DNA of 64,000 nucleotides from Escherichia coli (GTDB lineage Bacteria; Pseudomonadota; Gammaproteobacteria; Enterobacterales; Enterobacteriaceae): NCBI RefSeq assembly GCF_048403405.1, contig NZ_CP183129.1; one strand, 5' to 3'. Shown piece by piece: positions 12,532 to 22,600 of this stretch (position 1 is its first letter; each line of letters starts with the position of its first letter). The notes under the pieces were generated by a model. It saw only the letters and a program-made list of their open reading frames with translations, ran no database searches and was not told where the DNA came from. The position numbers and the translations under genes were made by a program.

Positions 12532-13863
12532 TTATGAACGGCCTTTTGCCAGATATTGCTCCATCTCTTCTTCCGGCACCATTCCACCTCCCGTCGCCCA
12601 CACCAGATGAGTGGCATTACGCAGTTGTTCTGCGCTGAAACCGTGCATCTGTTGGTAACTTACTGATGCGCACACGCGCTGAGGCCCGGCCATACCCGCC
12701 AGTGCCGAAGGTTCAAGACGAATGCCTTCTTCCTGCGCCAGCCAGCCAAGCATGTCATACATGGTTTGATCGCTAAGGGTATAGAGGCCATCCAGTAGAC
12801 GCTCCATTGCCCGCCCGACAAAGCCTGATGCGCGACCAACAGCAAGGCCATCCGCTGCGGTAAGGTTGTCGATACCAATATCCTGAACAGAGATCTGATC
12901 GTGTAATCCTGTATGGACGCCTAACAACATACAAGGGGAGTGCGTTGGTTCGGCAAAAAAGCAGTGAACATGATCGCCAAACGCCAGTTTAAGCCCGAAT
13001 GCGACGCCACCAGGACCACCGCCAACACCACACGGCAGATAGACAAACAGAGGGTTATCAGCATCGACAATACGACCTTGCTCGGCAAATTGCGCTTTAA
13101 GACGCTGGCCTGCGACGGAATACCCAAGGAACAACGTGCGGGAATTTTCGTCATCAATAAAGAAACAGTTCGGGTCAGACTGCGCTGCTTTACGTCCTTC
13201 CTCGACGGCAACACCATAATCTTGCTCATATTCCACGACCGTAACGCCATGGCTGCGCAGTTTCGCTTTTTTCCATGCCCGGGCATCAGCAGACATATGC
13301 ACTGTCACCTTAAAGCCAATGCGGGCGCTCATAATGCCGATTGATAACCCCAGATTTCCGGTTGAGCCCACAGCAATGCTGTATTGGCTAAAGAACTGTT
13401 TAAACTCCGGAGAAAGCAGTTTGCTGTAGTCATCTTCAAGCGTCAGCAACCCCGCTTCCAGAGCCAGTTTTTCTGCGTGTGCCAGGACTTCATAAATCCC
13501 ACCGCGTGCTTTTATGGAGCCGGAAATGGGCAAATGGCTATCTTTTTTCAGTAGCAGTTGCCCGCTGATCGGTTGTTGATATTCCTTTTCCAGCCGTTTT
13601 TGCATAGCCGGAATGGCAACCAGTTCTGATTCAATAATCCCCCCAGTAGCAGCAGTTTCAGGAAATGCTTTTGCCAGATAGGGTGCAAAACGGGATAAGC
13701 GCGCATGGGCGTCCTGAACATCCTGTTCGGTCAGGCCAACATAAGGTAAACCTTCAGCCAATGAGGTCGTGCCAGGATTAAACCAGGTGGTTTCTTGAAG
13801 AGCAACCAGATCCTTTACCAACGGATACTGGGCGATGAGCGAGTTCATTTTAGCGTTTTCCAT
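12532..13863 (-). CDS. dsdA: D-serine dehydratase (PLP-dependent)
   Basis: N-terminus [19 protein letters not shown] and PLP-lysine motif SGSIKARGG. Confidence 0.95.
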   Translation of the reverse strand: MENAKMNSLIAQYPLVKDLVALQETTWFNPGTTSLAEGLPYVGLTEQDVQDAHARLSRFAPYLAKAFPETAATGGIIESELVAIPAMQKRLEKEYQQPISGQLLLKKDSHLPISGSIKARGGIYEVLAHAEKLALEAGLLTLEDDYSKLLSPEFKQFFSQYSIAVGSTGNLGLSIGIMSARIGFKVTVHMSADARAWKKAKLRSHGVTVVEYEQDYGVAVEEGRKAAQSDPNCFFIDDENSRTLFLGYSVAGQRLKAQFAEQGRIVDADNPLFVYLPCGVGGGPGGVAFGLKLAFGDHVHCFFAEPTHSPCMLLGVHTGLHDQISVQDIGIDNLTAADGLAVGRASGFVGRAMERLLDGLYTLSDQTMYDMLGWLAQEEGIRLEPSALAGMAGPQRVCASVSYQQMHGFSAEQLRNATHLVWATGGGMVPEEEMEQYLAKGRS

Positions 13864-13880
13864 AGTACGTCTCTTTGCGC

Positions 13881-15218
13881 TTAGATGATAAATGACAGCA
13901 GGAATGTGCCCGCCAGAGCGACGACTGAAGCGATAAATGTCGCGGTCGTATAGTATTTAAATGTTTCATTGAGCGTAGCGCCGCAATATTGCTTCACCAG
14001 CCAGAAAAGCGAGTCCGTAACGATCGTGCAGCCAATCGCACCTGAACCGATAGCAATCGCAATAATTTCCGGGCTGATGTCGGGATACAGCGGCAGCATG
14101 GGTGCAACAATTGCCGTTGCCCCCATCATTGCCACCGTAGCGGAGCCCACTGCAGCATGCAGAATAAGTGCCACCAACCAGGCCAGAAGAATCGGGTGCA
14201 TATGCATATTGGAGAGAATAACTGCCAGCGTATCAGCGAGACTGCTGCTTTTTAAAATGGCGTTGAATGCGCCTCCGGCCCCGATAATCAGCAAAATATT
14301 AGCAATAGAACCGAAACCATTTTCCGTATGTGTGAGCATCGTCCCCATGCTCATATGCTGGCGTATACCCAACACATAATAGGCGACAAACACGGCGATA
14401 AACATGGCAGTAATAGGGTTGCCAATAAACTCAAGCAAGGTATACAAACCACTCTCACGCGCCATATTCAATTCGGCAATCGTTTTAACCAACATCAGCG
14501 CAATGGGTAGCAGTATGGTGAATAACGTTGCGCCTAATGACGGTAGTGTTTTTTCATCGCGAACTTTGAGATCGGCAAACTCTGTGGGTACAGGTTTAAA
14601 GGGCAGTCGTTGACCCAGAAATTTAAGGAAAAGTGGGCCACCGATCAGTGATGCCATCAGCCCAACCAGCAAACCGTAGACGATCACCGAACCGATATCT
14701 GCGCCCAGCTTATTGGCAACATATAAAGCAGCCGGATGTGGGGGAACCACGCAATGCACTGCCATCAATGCGGTACACAGCGGAATGGCCAGCTTTAACA
14801 ATGAGGTATTGGTTTTTTTGGCCATTGAAAAAGCCAGAGGAATCAATAGCACGACGCCCACTTCAACAAACAGCGTGATGCCGCAAATCAGGCCAACCAG
14901 CACCATAATGACATCAGCTGAAAGCCAGCGACAGCGTTGAAGTGTCAGACCAATTCTTTCTGCGGCCCCGGATACTTCCATCATTTTTCCCAGTATCGTG
15001 CCCAGGCCGATAACCGCAGCAAGGAACCCCAGCGTTCCGCCAATTCCACTTTCAATAGCATTTACCATATCCAGTGGTCCCATACCCATCATCGTTCCCA
15101 CGAAGAAGCTGGCCAGCAACAGCGCCAGAAACGGGTGGAATTTGAACTTCACGATGGTCAGTACAATTAACACGATGCTGATAAGCAGCGTGCTCACAAC
15201 CCAGATTTGAGAGTGCAT
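13881..15218 (-). CDS. dsdX: D-serine permease (GntP family)
   Basis: 445-aa polytopic membrane ORF directly upstream of dsdA. Confidence 0.9.
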   Translation of the reverse strand: MHSQIWVVSTLLISIVLIVLTIVKFKFHPFLALLLASFFVGTMMGMGPLDMVNAIESGIGGTLGFLAAVIGLGTILGKMMEVSGAAERIGLTLQRCRWLSADVIMVLVGLICGITLFVEVGVVLLIPLAFSMAKKTNTSLLKLAIPLCTALMAVHCVVPPHPAALYVANKLGADIGSVIVYGLLVGLMASLIGGPLFLKFLGQRLPFKPVPTEFADLKVRDEKTLPSLGATLFTILLPIALMLVKTIAELNMARESGLYTLLEFIGNPITAMFIAVFVAYYVLGIRQHMSMGTMLTHTENGFGSIANILLIIGAGGAFNAILKSSSLADTLAVILSNMHMHPILLAWLVALILHAAVGSATVAMMGATAIVAPMLPLYPDISPEIIAIAIGSGAIGCTIVTDSLFWLVKQYCGATLNETFKYYTTATFIASVVALAGTFLLSFII

Positions 15219-15429
15219 ATCTCACCTTCCCCTGTGATTAACCTGATGATATTGGACAAAAAAACAACGCAGGCTGACAAACGATAAAATTTGCCTTTCA
15301 CATGAGCTAAATTGCATCAAGGGAGTGATTTACATCTAAAAATGAAGGTGAATTGAGATATGGTTCACTTTAGCTCACCTTACAGCTGAAATTTTGCCGC
15401 TATTTTTTTACACTTAAGAGAAAAATGAG

Positions 15430-16383
15430 GTGATTATGGAACCCCTTCGTGAAATAAGAAATCGACTGCTTAACGGCTGGCAACTATCAAAACTGCATAC
15501 TTTTGAAGTGGCTGCCAGGCATCAGTCCTTCGCCCTTGCGGCAGAGGAATTGTCGCTGAGCCCCAGTGCGGTAAGTCACCGTATCAATCAGCTGGAAGAA
15601 GAATTAGGTATTCAGTTGTTTGTTCGTTCCCATCGCAAAGTGGAATTAACGCACGAGGGGAAACGCGTTTATTGGGCGCTAAAATCGTCGCTGGATACCC
15701 TGAACCAGGAAATTCTTGATATCAAAAATCAGGAATTATCGGGAACGTTAACGCTGTATTCCCGGCCCTCTATCGCCCAATGCTGGTTGGTGCCCGCATT
15801 AGGTGACTTTACTCGCCGCTATCCGTCTATTTCGCTCACCGTGCTCACTGGTAATGACAATGTCAATTTGCAACGTGCCGGAATCGATTTGGCGATCTAC
15901 TTTGATGATGCGCCGTCAGCGCAATTGGCTCATCACTTTCTGATGGATGAAGAAATCTTGCCTGTATGTAGCCCGGAATACGCTCAAAGACATGCTTTAA
16001 CCAACCAGGTAATTAACCTGCGCCACTGTTCGTTGCTCCATGACAGACAGGCATGGAGCAACGACTCCGGTACGGATGAATGGCATAGTTGGGCGCAACA
16101 TTATGCGGTTAATTTGCCGACATCTTCTGGGATTGGCTTTGATCGTTCTGATTTAGCTGTTATCGCTGCGATGAATCATATTGGGGTAGCGATGGGAAGA
16201 AAACGCCTGGTACAAAAAAGGCTTGCCAGTGGTGAGCTCGTCGCGCCGTTTGGCGATATGACGGTGAAATGCCATCAGCATTATTACATCACCACATTAC
16301 CGGGCAGGCAGTGGCCAAAAATTGAGGCATTTATTACTTGGTTAAGAGAACAGGTAAGTCAATATGAATGTTATACCTTATAA
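15430..16383 (+). CDS. dsdC: LysR-family activator of dsdXA
   Basis: N-terminal LysR HTH, divergent from dsdX; true start may be the second ATG at 15436. Confidence 0.9.
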   Translation: MIMEPLREIRNRLLNGWQLSKLHTFEVAARHQSFALAAEELSLSPSAVSHRINQLEEELGIQLFVRSHRKVELTHEGKRVYWALKSSLDTLNQEILDIKNQELSGTLTLYSRPSIAQCWLVPALGDFTRRYPSISLTVLTGNDNVNLQRAGIDLAIYFDDAPSAQLAHHFLMDEEILPVCSPEYAQRHALTNQVINLRHCSLLHDRQAWSNDSGTDEWHSWAQHYAVNLPTSSGIGFDRSDLAVIAAMNHIGVAMGRKRLVQKRLASGELVAPFGDMTVKCHQHYYITTLPGRQWPKIEAFITWLREQVSQYECYTL

Positions 16384-16738
16384 TACATTAAATCATCTGG
16401 TTCCTAAATAACCTTATTATGCACTGTAAGTGTATGTTGGCTTTATAAATTGCAATTTTTATATGGGAATTGTTTTGTCAATAGTTACGAAAAGGATAAA
16501 TAAAATAACCACATCTTCTTGGCGTCGAATATTGGAGAGCGATAATTTATAGTAAACTAGATTACCAGAGAAAAGATAAGTGGCAATATATTTGCTGGTG
16601 GCATTTTTATTAAATATTATATGTGTTGGTTTGTGACTTTAAAAAAATTAATTTTTAATAAAAAGGTGATTTATTTCTCATTTTGATTAATATTGAGGAT
16701 CCATTATGATTATCAGTTGTATGTCATAAAAATGAGGG

Positions 16739-16768
16739 GCTAAAAGCCTCAATGAATTGAGGCCTTTA
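16739..16768. terminator. hairpin downstream of the minus-strand recombinase gene
   Basis: AAAGCCTCAA..TTGAGGCCTTT near-perfect inverted repeat. Confidence 0.4.
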
Positions 16769-16777
16769 GAACAGGGG

Positions 16778-17347
16778 TTATATCTTCTTTATATCTAACA
16801 CATCACCCTCCCATACTCGTTTAAATCTTGCTGCATTACTGGCTGTATATAATACCGTATGATGTATATTTCTGTGCCCTAAATAATCTTGTATTAGTCT
16901 GGTGTCTAACCCTTGATTAGCTAAAGCATACCCACAACCATGCCTAAGCATGTGAGGATGAATATTAATATTCATATTGTGACTATATTTCTTACACATC
17001 TTATACACATATTGTCTCGAGATTTTATTTCCTTGACAAGAAAGAAATAAAGAGTCTTCAAAAGGTTTTTTTACTATGTTATCACGTAGTGCTAGCCATT
17101 TTTTTAATAACAGAACAGTTTCTTTTTGCAGGGGATGTACTGTGGATAATCCATTTTTTAAACGCTTGATATATATTGCTGACTCTGAAAAGTCAATGTC
17201 GCTAATCTTTAGTGCAATAAGCTCGCTTACCCTAAGGCCATGTACATATGCCATTTGTAACATGGCTTTATCTCTAATTTCATTTTTTGAACCGTTGATG
17301 GCTTCAAAAAATAACAACCATTCACTATGAGTAATAAATTTGCGCAT
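16778..17347 (-). CDS. ipbA: FimB/FimE-family tyrosine recombinase (IpbA-like)
   Basis: 189 aa; HxxLRH and GHRNIHHTVLYT motifs; symbol from recalled UPEC locus and may be swapped with ipuA. Confidence 0.7.
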   Translation of the reverse strand: MRKFITHSEWLLFFEAINGSKNEIRDKAMLQMAYVHGLRVSELIALKISDIDFSESAIYIKRLKNGLSTVHPLQKETVLLLKKWLALRDNIVKKPFEDSLFLSCQGNKISRQYVYKMCKKYSHNMNINIHPHMLRHGCGYALANQGLDTRLIQDYLGHRNIHHTVLYTASNAARFKRVWEGDVLDIKKI

Positions 17348-18094
17348 AATATTATCGGTTATACTAATTAAGTTAAAAAATAAACTATAAATACCAGAGC
17401 CTGGTATTATTGCTTGTTTTTTATAAGCAAGTAATGAGCTGGGGTTTAAATTATGCCACTAAATGGATATTCATCAATACCCCGCCAGAGAGATAGTTGC
17501 TCAGTGGGTATAGATTATTATTAGTCAACCAGTGAGCATAAATAAGCACAAGAAGTTGCGTATTATGAATAATGATTCAATGCCATGCTGGTGGTTTTTT
17601 GTGGTGAAAATATTTGTACCTTTTTGTTTACGGATGAAAAATAAACAGCCATATTATTTTGGTTAATTATTGTGTTAGTTTTAACACTCGGTGATGTTTT
17701 TTGTTATAGTGCATTAATTTTTAAATAAAAAAATTCATACATTCATGGATGTAATATATACAAGATACAATGTTAATTTTAGATAAAATATTAATTGCAT
17801 TGGATACTTTTTAAATATGCCGATGTTGAGCTTAATTTTATGAGGGAATGCTATTTCGGGCTGTAGGACTTTTTTATAATCATCTTATAGGGCTCTTTAT
17901 ATTTACAGGAGGGTTTTGAACGATAGTTACATAACGAAGGTTGTTTGTATGCGTTTACAAGCGATTAATTAGATTAGGTGAATTTTAATAAATTAATCTA
18001 TAATCATACAGCAACTATATGAATTATATTATTGACTAAATTTAATTCTTTCATCATAGTTGACATGGCTATTTTATATCAATAGAGGTGATTT

Positions 18095-18724
18095 ATGCAA
18101 AACAGAAAATTTTTAACGCATCATGAAATTAATTTACTACTTCAATCTGTAAAACAAAAGAGTTGCTCTTCACGCGATGTTTGCATGATTTTATTGGCTT
18201 ATTTTCATGGTCTGCGTGTTAGTGAGCTCTTATCTCTGCAGTTGTCGGATTTAGAACTAACTACAGAAAAAATATATATTCAACGGATAAAAAATGGATT
18301 CAGTACAGTCCATCCACTTCAAAAGGAAGAGGTGATTGCAATAACAAACTGGCTGAATGAAAGGAATTCATTAAATGTTAAACATTTCAATGATAACCCG
18401 TGGTTATTTGTTTCCCGAACAGGAAAACCATTATCGAGACAACGATTTTATAACATAGTTTCTGCTGCGGGTAAAAATGCAGGTTTAAATATTAAAGTTC
18501 ATCCACATATGTTACGCCATGCATGTGGTTATTCACTAGCAGATAATGGTGTGGATACCCGTCTTATTCAGGACTATCTCGGGCATCGTAATATCAGGCA
18601 TACGGTAATTTATACTGCTTCTAATTCAATGAGATTTGAAAAAATGTGGGGGAGAGGTGACGCAAAAAAGCAACATTTTGACCCAAAATGTAAACCCAAT
18701 CTTTGTTTAGAAATTCTCGTATAG
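18095..18724 (+). CDS. ipuA: FimB/FimE-family tyrosine recombinase (IpuA-like); last 13 codons lie inside the invertible segment
   Basis: 209 aa, same motifs as the neighbouring recombinase; left inverted repeat at 18679-18685 is within the coding sequence. Confidence 0.7.
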   Translation: MQNRKFLTHHEINLLLQSVKQKSCSSRDVCMILLAYFHGLRVSELLSLQLSDLELTTEKIYIQRIKNGFSTVHPLQKEEVIAITNWLNERNSLNVKHFNDNPWLFVSRTGKPLSRQRFYNIVSAAGKNAGLNIKVHPHMLRHACGYSLADNGVDTRLIQDYLGHRNIRHTVIYTASNSMRFEKMWGRGDAKKQHFDPKCKPNLCLEILV

Positions 18725-18885
18725 AAAAACATTTTTTTCTATAAAAAACATTAAATTTACTGATTTAGATCAATATGTGACGTCAATCTACACATAAAGA
18801 GGTAGGTTTGTCTTCTTTTTAATCTTTGGCGTATAAAGCCAAAATGTAAATAATAATCAAAATTATATTCTGAATTAAAATAAAT

Positions 18886-18909
18886 ACGCAGGTTTTTTAC
18901 CTGCGTTTT
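18886..18909 (+). terminator. hairpin plus T-run inside the switch
   Basis: ACGCAGGT-TTTTT-ACCTGCGT followed by TTTG. Confidence 0.45.
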
Positions 18910-18914
18910 GTGCT

Positions 18915-18944
18915 ATTTATAGTTAATTAAATTGATGTTGTCAA
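18915..18944 (-). promoter_or_regulatory. near-consensus sigma70 promoter inside the switch, currently directed away from ipuR
   Basis: minus strand reads TTGACA, 17-bp spacer, TATAAA. Confidence 0.55.
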
Positions 18945-19041
18945 AATGGGTCATTTTGTAAACCTGTGCCTCAAGGTTTGTCTCCCCCCGGTGTGCAAAG
19001 CAAAAGGAAATTGGGAAAGGGGATAACAGGAAATTGATTGC

Positions 19042-19662
19042 ATGGTTTTGATTACGACGACAAAAAATATTTTTTTAATTCAAGCAATTAAGAGTATGCG
19101 TTGGCGGGGTTTTTCGTACGTGAAAGTCATCGCTGTGGACGACTATTCTTCTCTGATTCGTGATTTTGGCACATCTTGCTTTCGGGATGAGCAATCGTTG
19201 TTGTTACCTGTATTCCCTGATAATGATTCTACTACCTGTATACGCTCACTGTATTTCATTCACCAATGGCTAAAAAGCCAGCCTGTCAATATTCCGTGCC
19301 TGGCATGGGGGGATAATGGTGTAGTTAGTAATAAAGGCATACCTTTCATACCGTGGAAATTAACAGCAGAGCAATTTTGTTTCTATATAGATAAATTTAT
19401 CAATGGCTGGAGGTGCAAAAAAAATATTCGCGCGAATCATAAAGTTTCTTTTTTAGAACGACAATTATCCCCGAGGGAGAAAAGTATCTTTATATATACC
19501 AAGGAAGGAAAAGATATTGCATGGATCTCGAACACCTTGGGTATATCCAGTAAGACTGTGTGGACGCATCGTCGTAGAGCTATGGATAAACTCGGGGTAA
19601 AACGTTTACATCAATTTATAAATATTCCGCGTTCCCTTATTAGTGAAAATATTCAATTTTAA
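19042..19662 (+). CDS. ipuR: LuxR-family transcriptional regulator (IpuR-like)
   Basis: 206-aa ORF with C-terminal GerE/LuxR HTH; start codon uncertain. Confidence 0.7.
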   Translation: MVLITTTKNIFLIQAIKSMRWRGFSYVKVIAVDDYSSLIRDFGTSCFRDEQSLLLPVFPDNDSTTCIRSLYFIHQWLKSQPVNIPCLAWGDNGVVSNKGIPFIPWKLTAEQFCFYIDKFINGWRCKKNIRANHKVSFLERQLSPREKSIFIYTKEGKDIAWISNTLGISSKTVWTHRRRAMDKLGVKRLHQFINIPRSLISENIQF

Positions 19663-19686
19663 TGTACGTTCAAGAGTATTAGTGTT

Positions 19687-22600
19687 ATGAATAAAATATA
19701 TAAAGTCATTTGGAACCATACAACCCAAAAATGGGATGTTGTTTCAGAATTGACGAGTTGTAGAAAAAAATGTAAATCAACTCGCTTAGGAATTGCTTTA
19801 TCAGCAATGGTTCTGGGGGGCGCTATTGCAATTAATTGCAATAGCGCAATGGCAGATGTCATATTGTCACCAGACTGGCGTCCGGGTACGAATAAATCGG
19901 GTGTTGGGGCTGCAACAGTAAGTGGTAAAACCGAATACATCACTGGTCCAAATGTCGTCCAGTCTGGTGGGTCAGGTCTTATCTGGATGACTGTAGAACA
20001 GGCAATTTTAAATGGCTACACCACTGGAGATAATTTATCCGGATTGATTTACGTCAATACCGGAGAAAAAACAAAAACCATTACAGTGAAGGATGAGGTT
20101 ACTGGCGCTTCTCAAACACTTCAAGTGTTTGATACTGACTCTTTCTCACAACGCGATGCGGGGACTGGGGGAAATGAAACCATTCCTGGTTTTAGTGGCA
20201 CTGCGGATTTTTTCAATGCGACACGTTTTGTAACAGCCAATAATGGCGGTACAGCTATTTTGGATGTGGGTTCACCAGCAATCGGTAATTTTTTTAAAAA
20301 TACACAGCTTGCTGTAGCTGATGGAGAAGGTTCCTCTGTTGTATGGAACTCGGTCAATGATTTTTATTTTCAGCCTGGTGCAACCATGCAGGGGGGCGGC
20401 GTTACTCAAAAAATCATTGACTCAATGAAATATGCTGGAACAATTACTGATTGGGCGGGAAAAGTACACCATATTAACTCTCTTGATGATTTAAAGCAAT
20501 ATAATCAATATTTGATAAAGTCACTAGAGGACAAAACGCTATCTTATAAGCAGTATGATGCTGAATTTAATAAGGCCCTTATTGTCACTAAGCATAATTA
20601 CAATGTAGATATGACCGCAGGGGGACGCATAGACTCAACTCCTTACAAAGAAAATGTAGGGCTGCTTGCTGTTCTCCATGCAACCAATAATGCACGAGCA
20701 ATATTAGGTAAAACGGGTAAATTAACTGGAGTTCTTCCTGCCTATGGGAATGGAGGAGGGATCGTTGCAACTAATGGTGGGACTGGTGTTAATGAAGGGG
20801 TCATTGATGCCATTGGTACTGAAATGATTGCCTATCAAGACAGTACCATTGTTAACGATGGTACACTTTTTGTTTGGGATAATAATGATAAATATGCTCT
20901 CCAGGCAGAGGGGATGGTTGCCGGTAGTAATGGTTCTTCAGCCATTAATAATGGTGTTATTAATATTCGCCCATTTAAAAATGCTTTCGCTCCAGAGGGG
21001 ATTAACACCGCAATTGTTGTTAGTAATGGGGGCATGGCAACAAATAAAGGCACAATAAATATTACTGCCGATGCATCAACTAATGATAATAATGGCAAAA
21101 CACGAGGTGTAAATGTTGGAGCTGGAGGCTCTTTTATTAACTCGGCCTTCGGGAGCATCAATGTAGGTATTGCGGAGGATAAAACTGCGACTCATTCGGC
21201 TGTGGGTTCTGTTGCGATTGAAGTACAAAATGGTGCAAACAAAGTCGTTAATGAAGGTACTATTTTTTTGGGCAGGGGGGCTCAGGGGAACTACGGAATC
21301 CTGGCAAAGGATGCCGGGACTGTTGATGTGGTAAATAAAGGGACTATCACTATTGACGGTCATGACAGTGATGCACCTGCACTGAATGTTGGCATGCTGG
21401 CAAATAATAGCTCCGGGATGAAAAACTCCGGGATTATCAATGTTAATGGTCTGAACAGCACCGGGCTACAGGTAATCAATGCAGGACAGTTGAATTCTGA
21501 CGGTACGATAAATGTTGGCGGCAAGGGTATCAGTAGTGGTTTCCGTAACTATGGTGCCTGGGTGGAAGGTGCCGGAAGCAATGTTAATGTATCCGGAAAA
21601 ATCAGTCTTGCCGGTACGGGGGCTGTGGGGGTTTTTGCTAAAGATGGCGGCAGTCTGACCCTGTCAGGCAATGGTGCAGTGCTATTTGGCAGCAGCGATC
21701 AGATAGGCTTTTATGTCTATGGAAAGGACTCTGCCATTCATAATACCGGAAGCGGTGTTATGGATGTGTCCACTGAAAACTCAACATTATTCCGTATTGC
21801 CAGCGGTGCGACATTCCAGGGAACTGCAGATGCTTCTTCTGCACTTACGGCGTCTGGTAAGAACTCTTATGCACTTATTGCCACGGGGAAATCGGATGGC
21901 GGTGTGGCCTCGACAGTAACGTCTGGAGGAATGACCATCAACCTGACGGGTGAGGGGGCTACAGCGACTTTAATTGAAGGGGGAGCGCAGGGCACAATTG
22001 AAAGTAATGCCATTATCAATATGGATAATGCCAGTGCGATAGCCGGTATTGCGGATGGCAATGGCTATGATATTTCCGGCAAACTCATTAATCCGAAGGA
22101 CAAGACCACACTATTAACGGCGGGGGCTCAGTTAAGTTCCACCCAGGATAAAGTGACCGGGTATATCGCCCGTAATGGGGCCACTCTAAATAATACCGGT
22201 AATATCATCTTTACTGGAAAGAATACAGTGGGCGTCCGGGTTGAGGAGGGGGCTGTTGGTACCAACAGCGGAAATATTACAGTTCAGGATGGTGGTGTGG
22301 GACTAATTGCTAATGCCACACAAGATGTCACAACGATTAATAACTCGGGAAATCTCATTCTCAAGGGGGGAGATAATGCTAACCGTACAACGGGTATAAA
22401 AGCATCTGGTACAACAACAACGGTTAATATGACCGCGGGTACTATATCTTTGCAGGGACAGGGGGCGATTGGCGTTGAGGCCAGCAATAAAGGGACTGTT
22501 AACCTTGATGGTTCGGCAGTACCGAACTTTGCTGCTGACGGCTCTGGTATTACCGATCAGATTGCTTTTCGTATTATCGGAGATGGTGCAACCATTAAGA

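Larger units (their letters stand above)
18679..18953. mobile_element. candidate invertible phase-variation switch (ipuS-like), 261 bp internal segment bounded by 7-bp inverted repeats
   Basis: TGACCCA at 18679-18685 and TGGGTCA at 18947-18953, each flanked by CATTTTG/CAAAATG arms; sits between a fim-type recombinase gene and the LuxR regulator. Confidence 0.6.

Noticed and set aside
13969..15210. Plus-strand ORFs overlapping dsdX
   Set aside because: Antisense to a well-supported permease gene.
17416..18752. 11-bp inverted repeat (TGTTTTTTATA / TATAAAAAACA) flanking the second recombinase gene
   Set aside because: Pure A/T sequence in an AT-rich region, likely chance; the 7-bp repeats at 18679 and 18947 with palindromic flanks are the better switch boundaries.
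18688..18963. Direct repeat TGTAAACC 268 bp apart, and direct repeat AGGTTTGTCT at 18804 and 18975
   Set aside because: Direct rather than inverted; probably part of recombinase-site context or chance, not a separate element.
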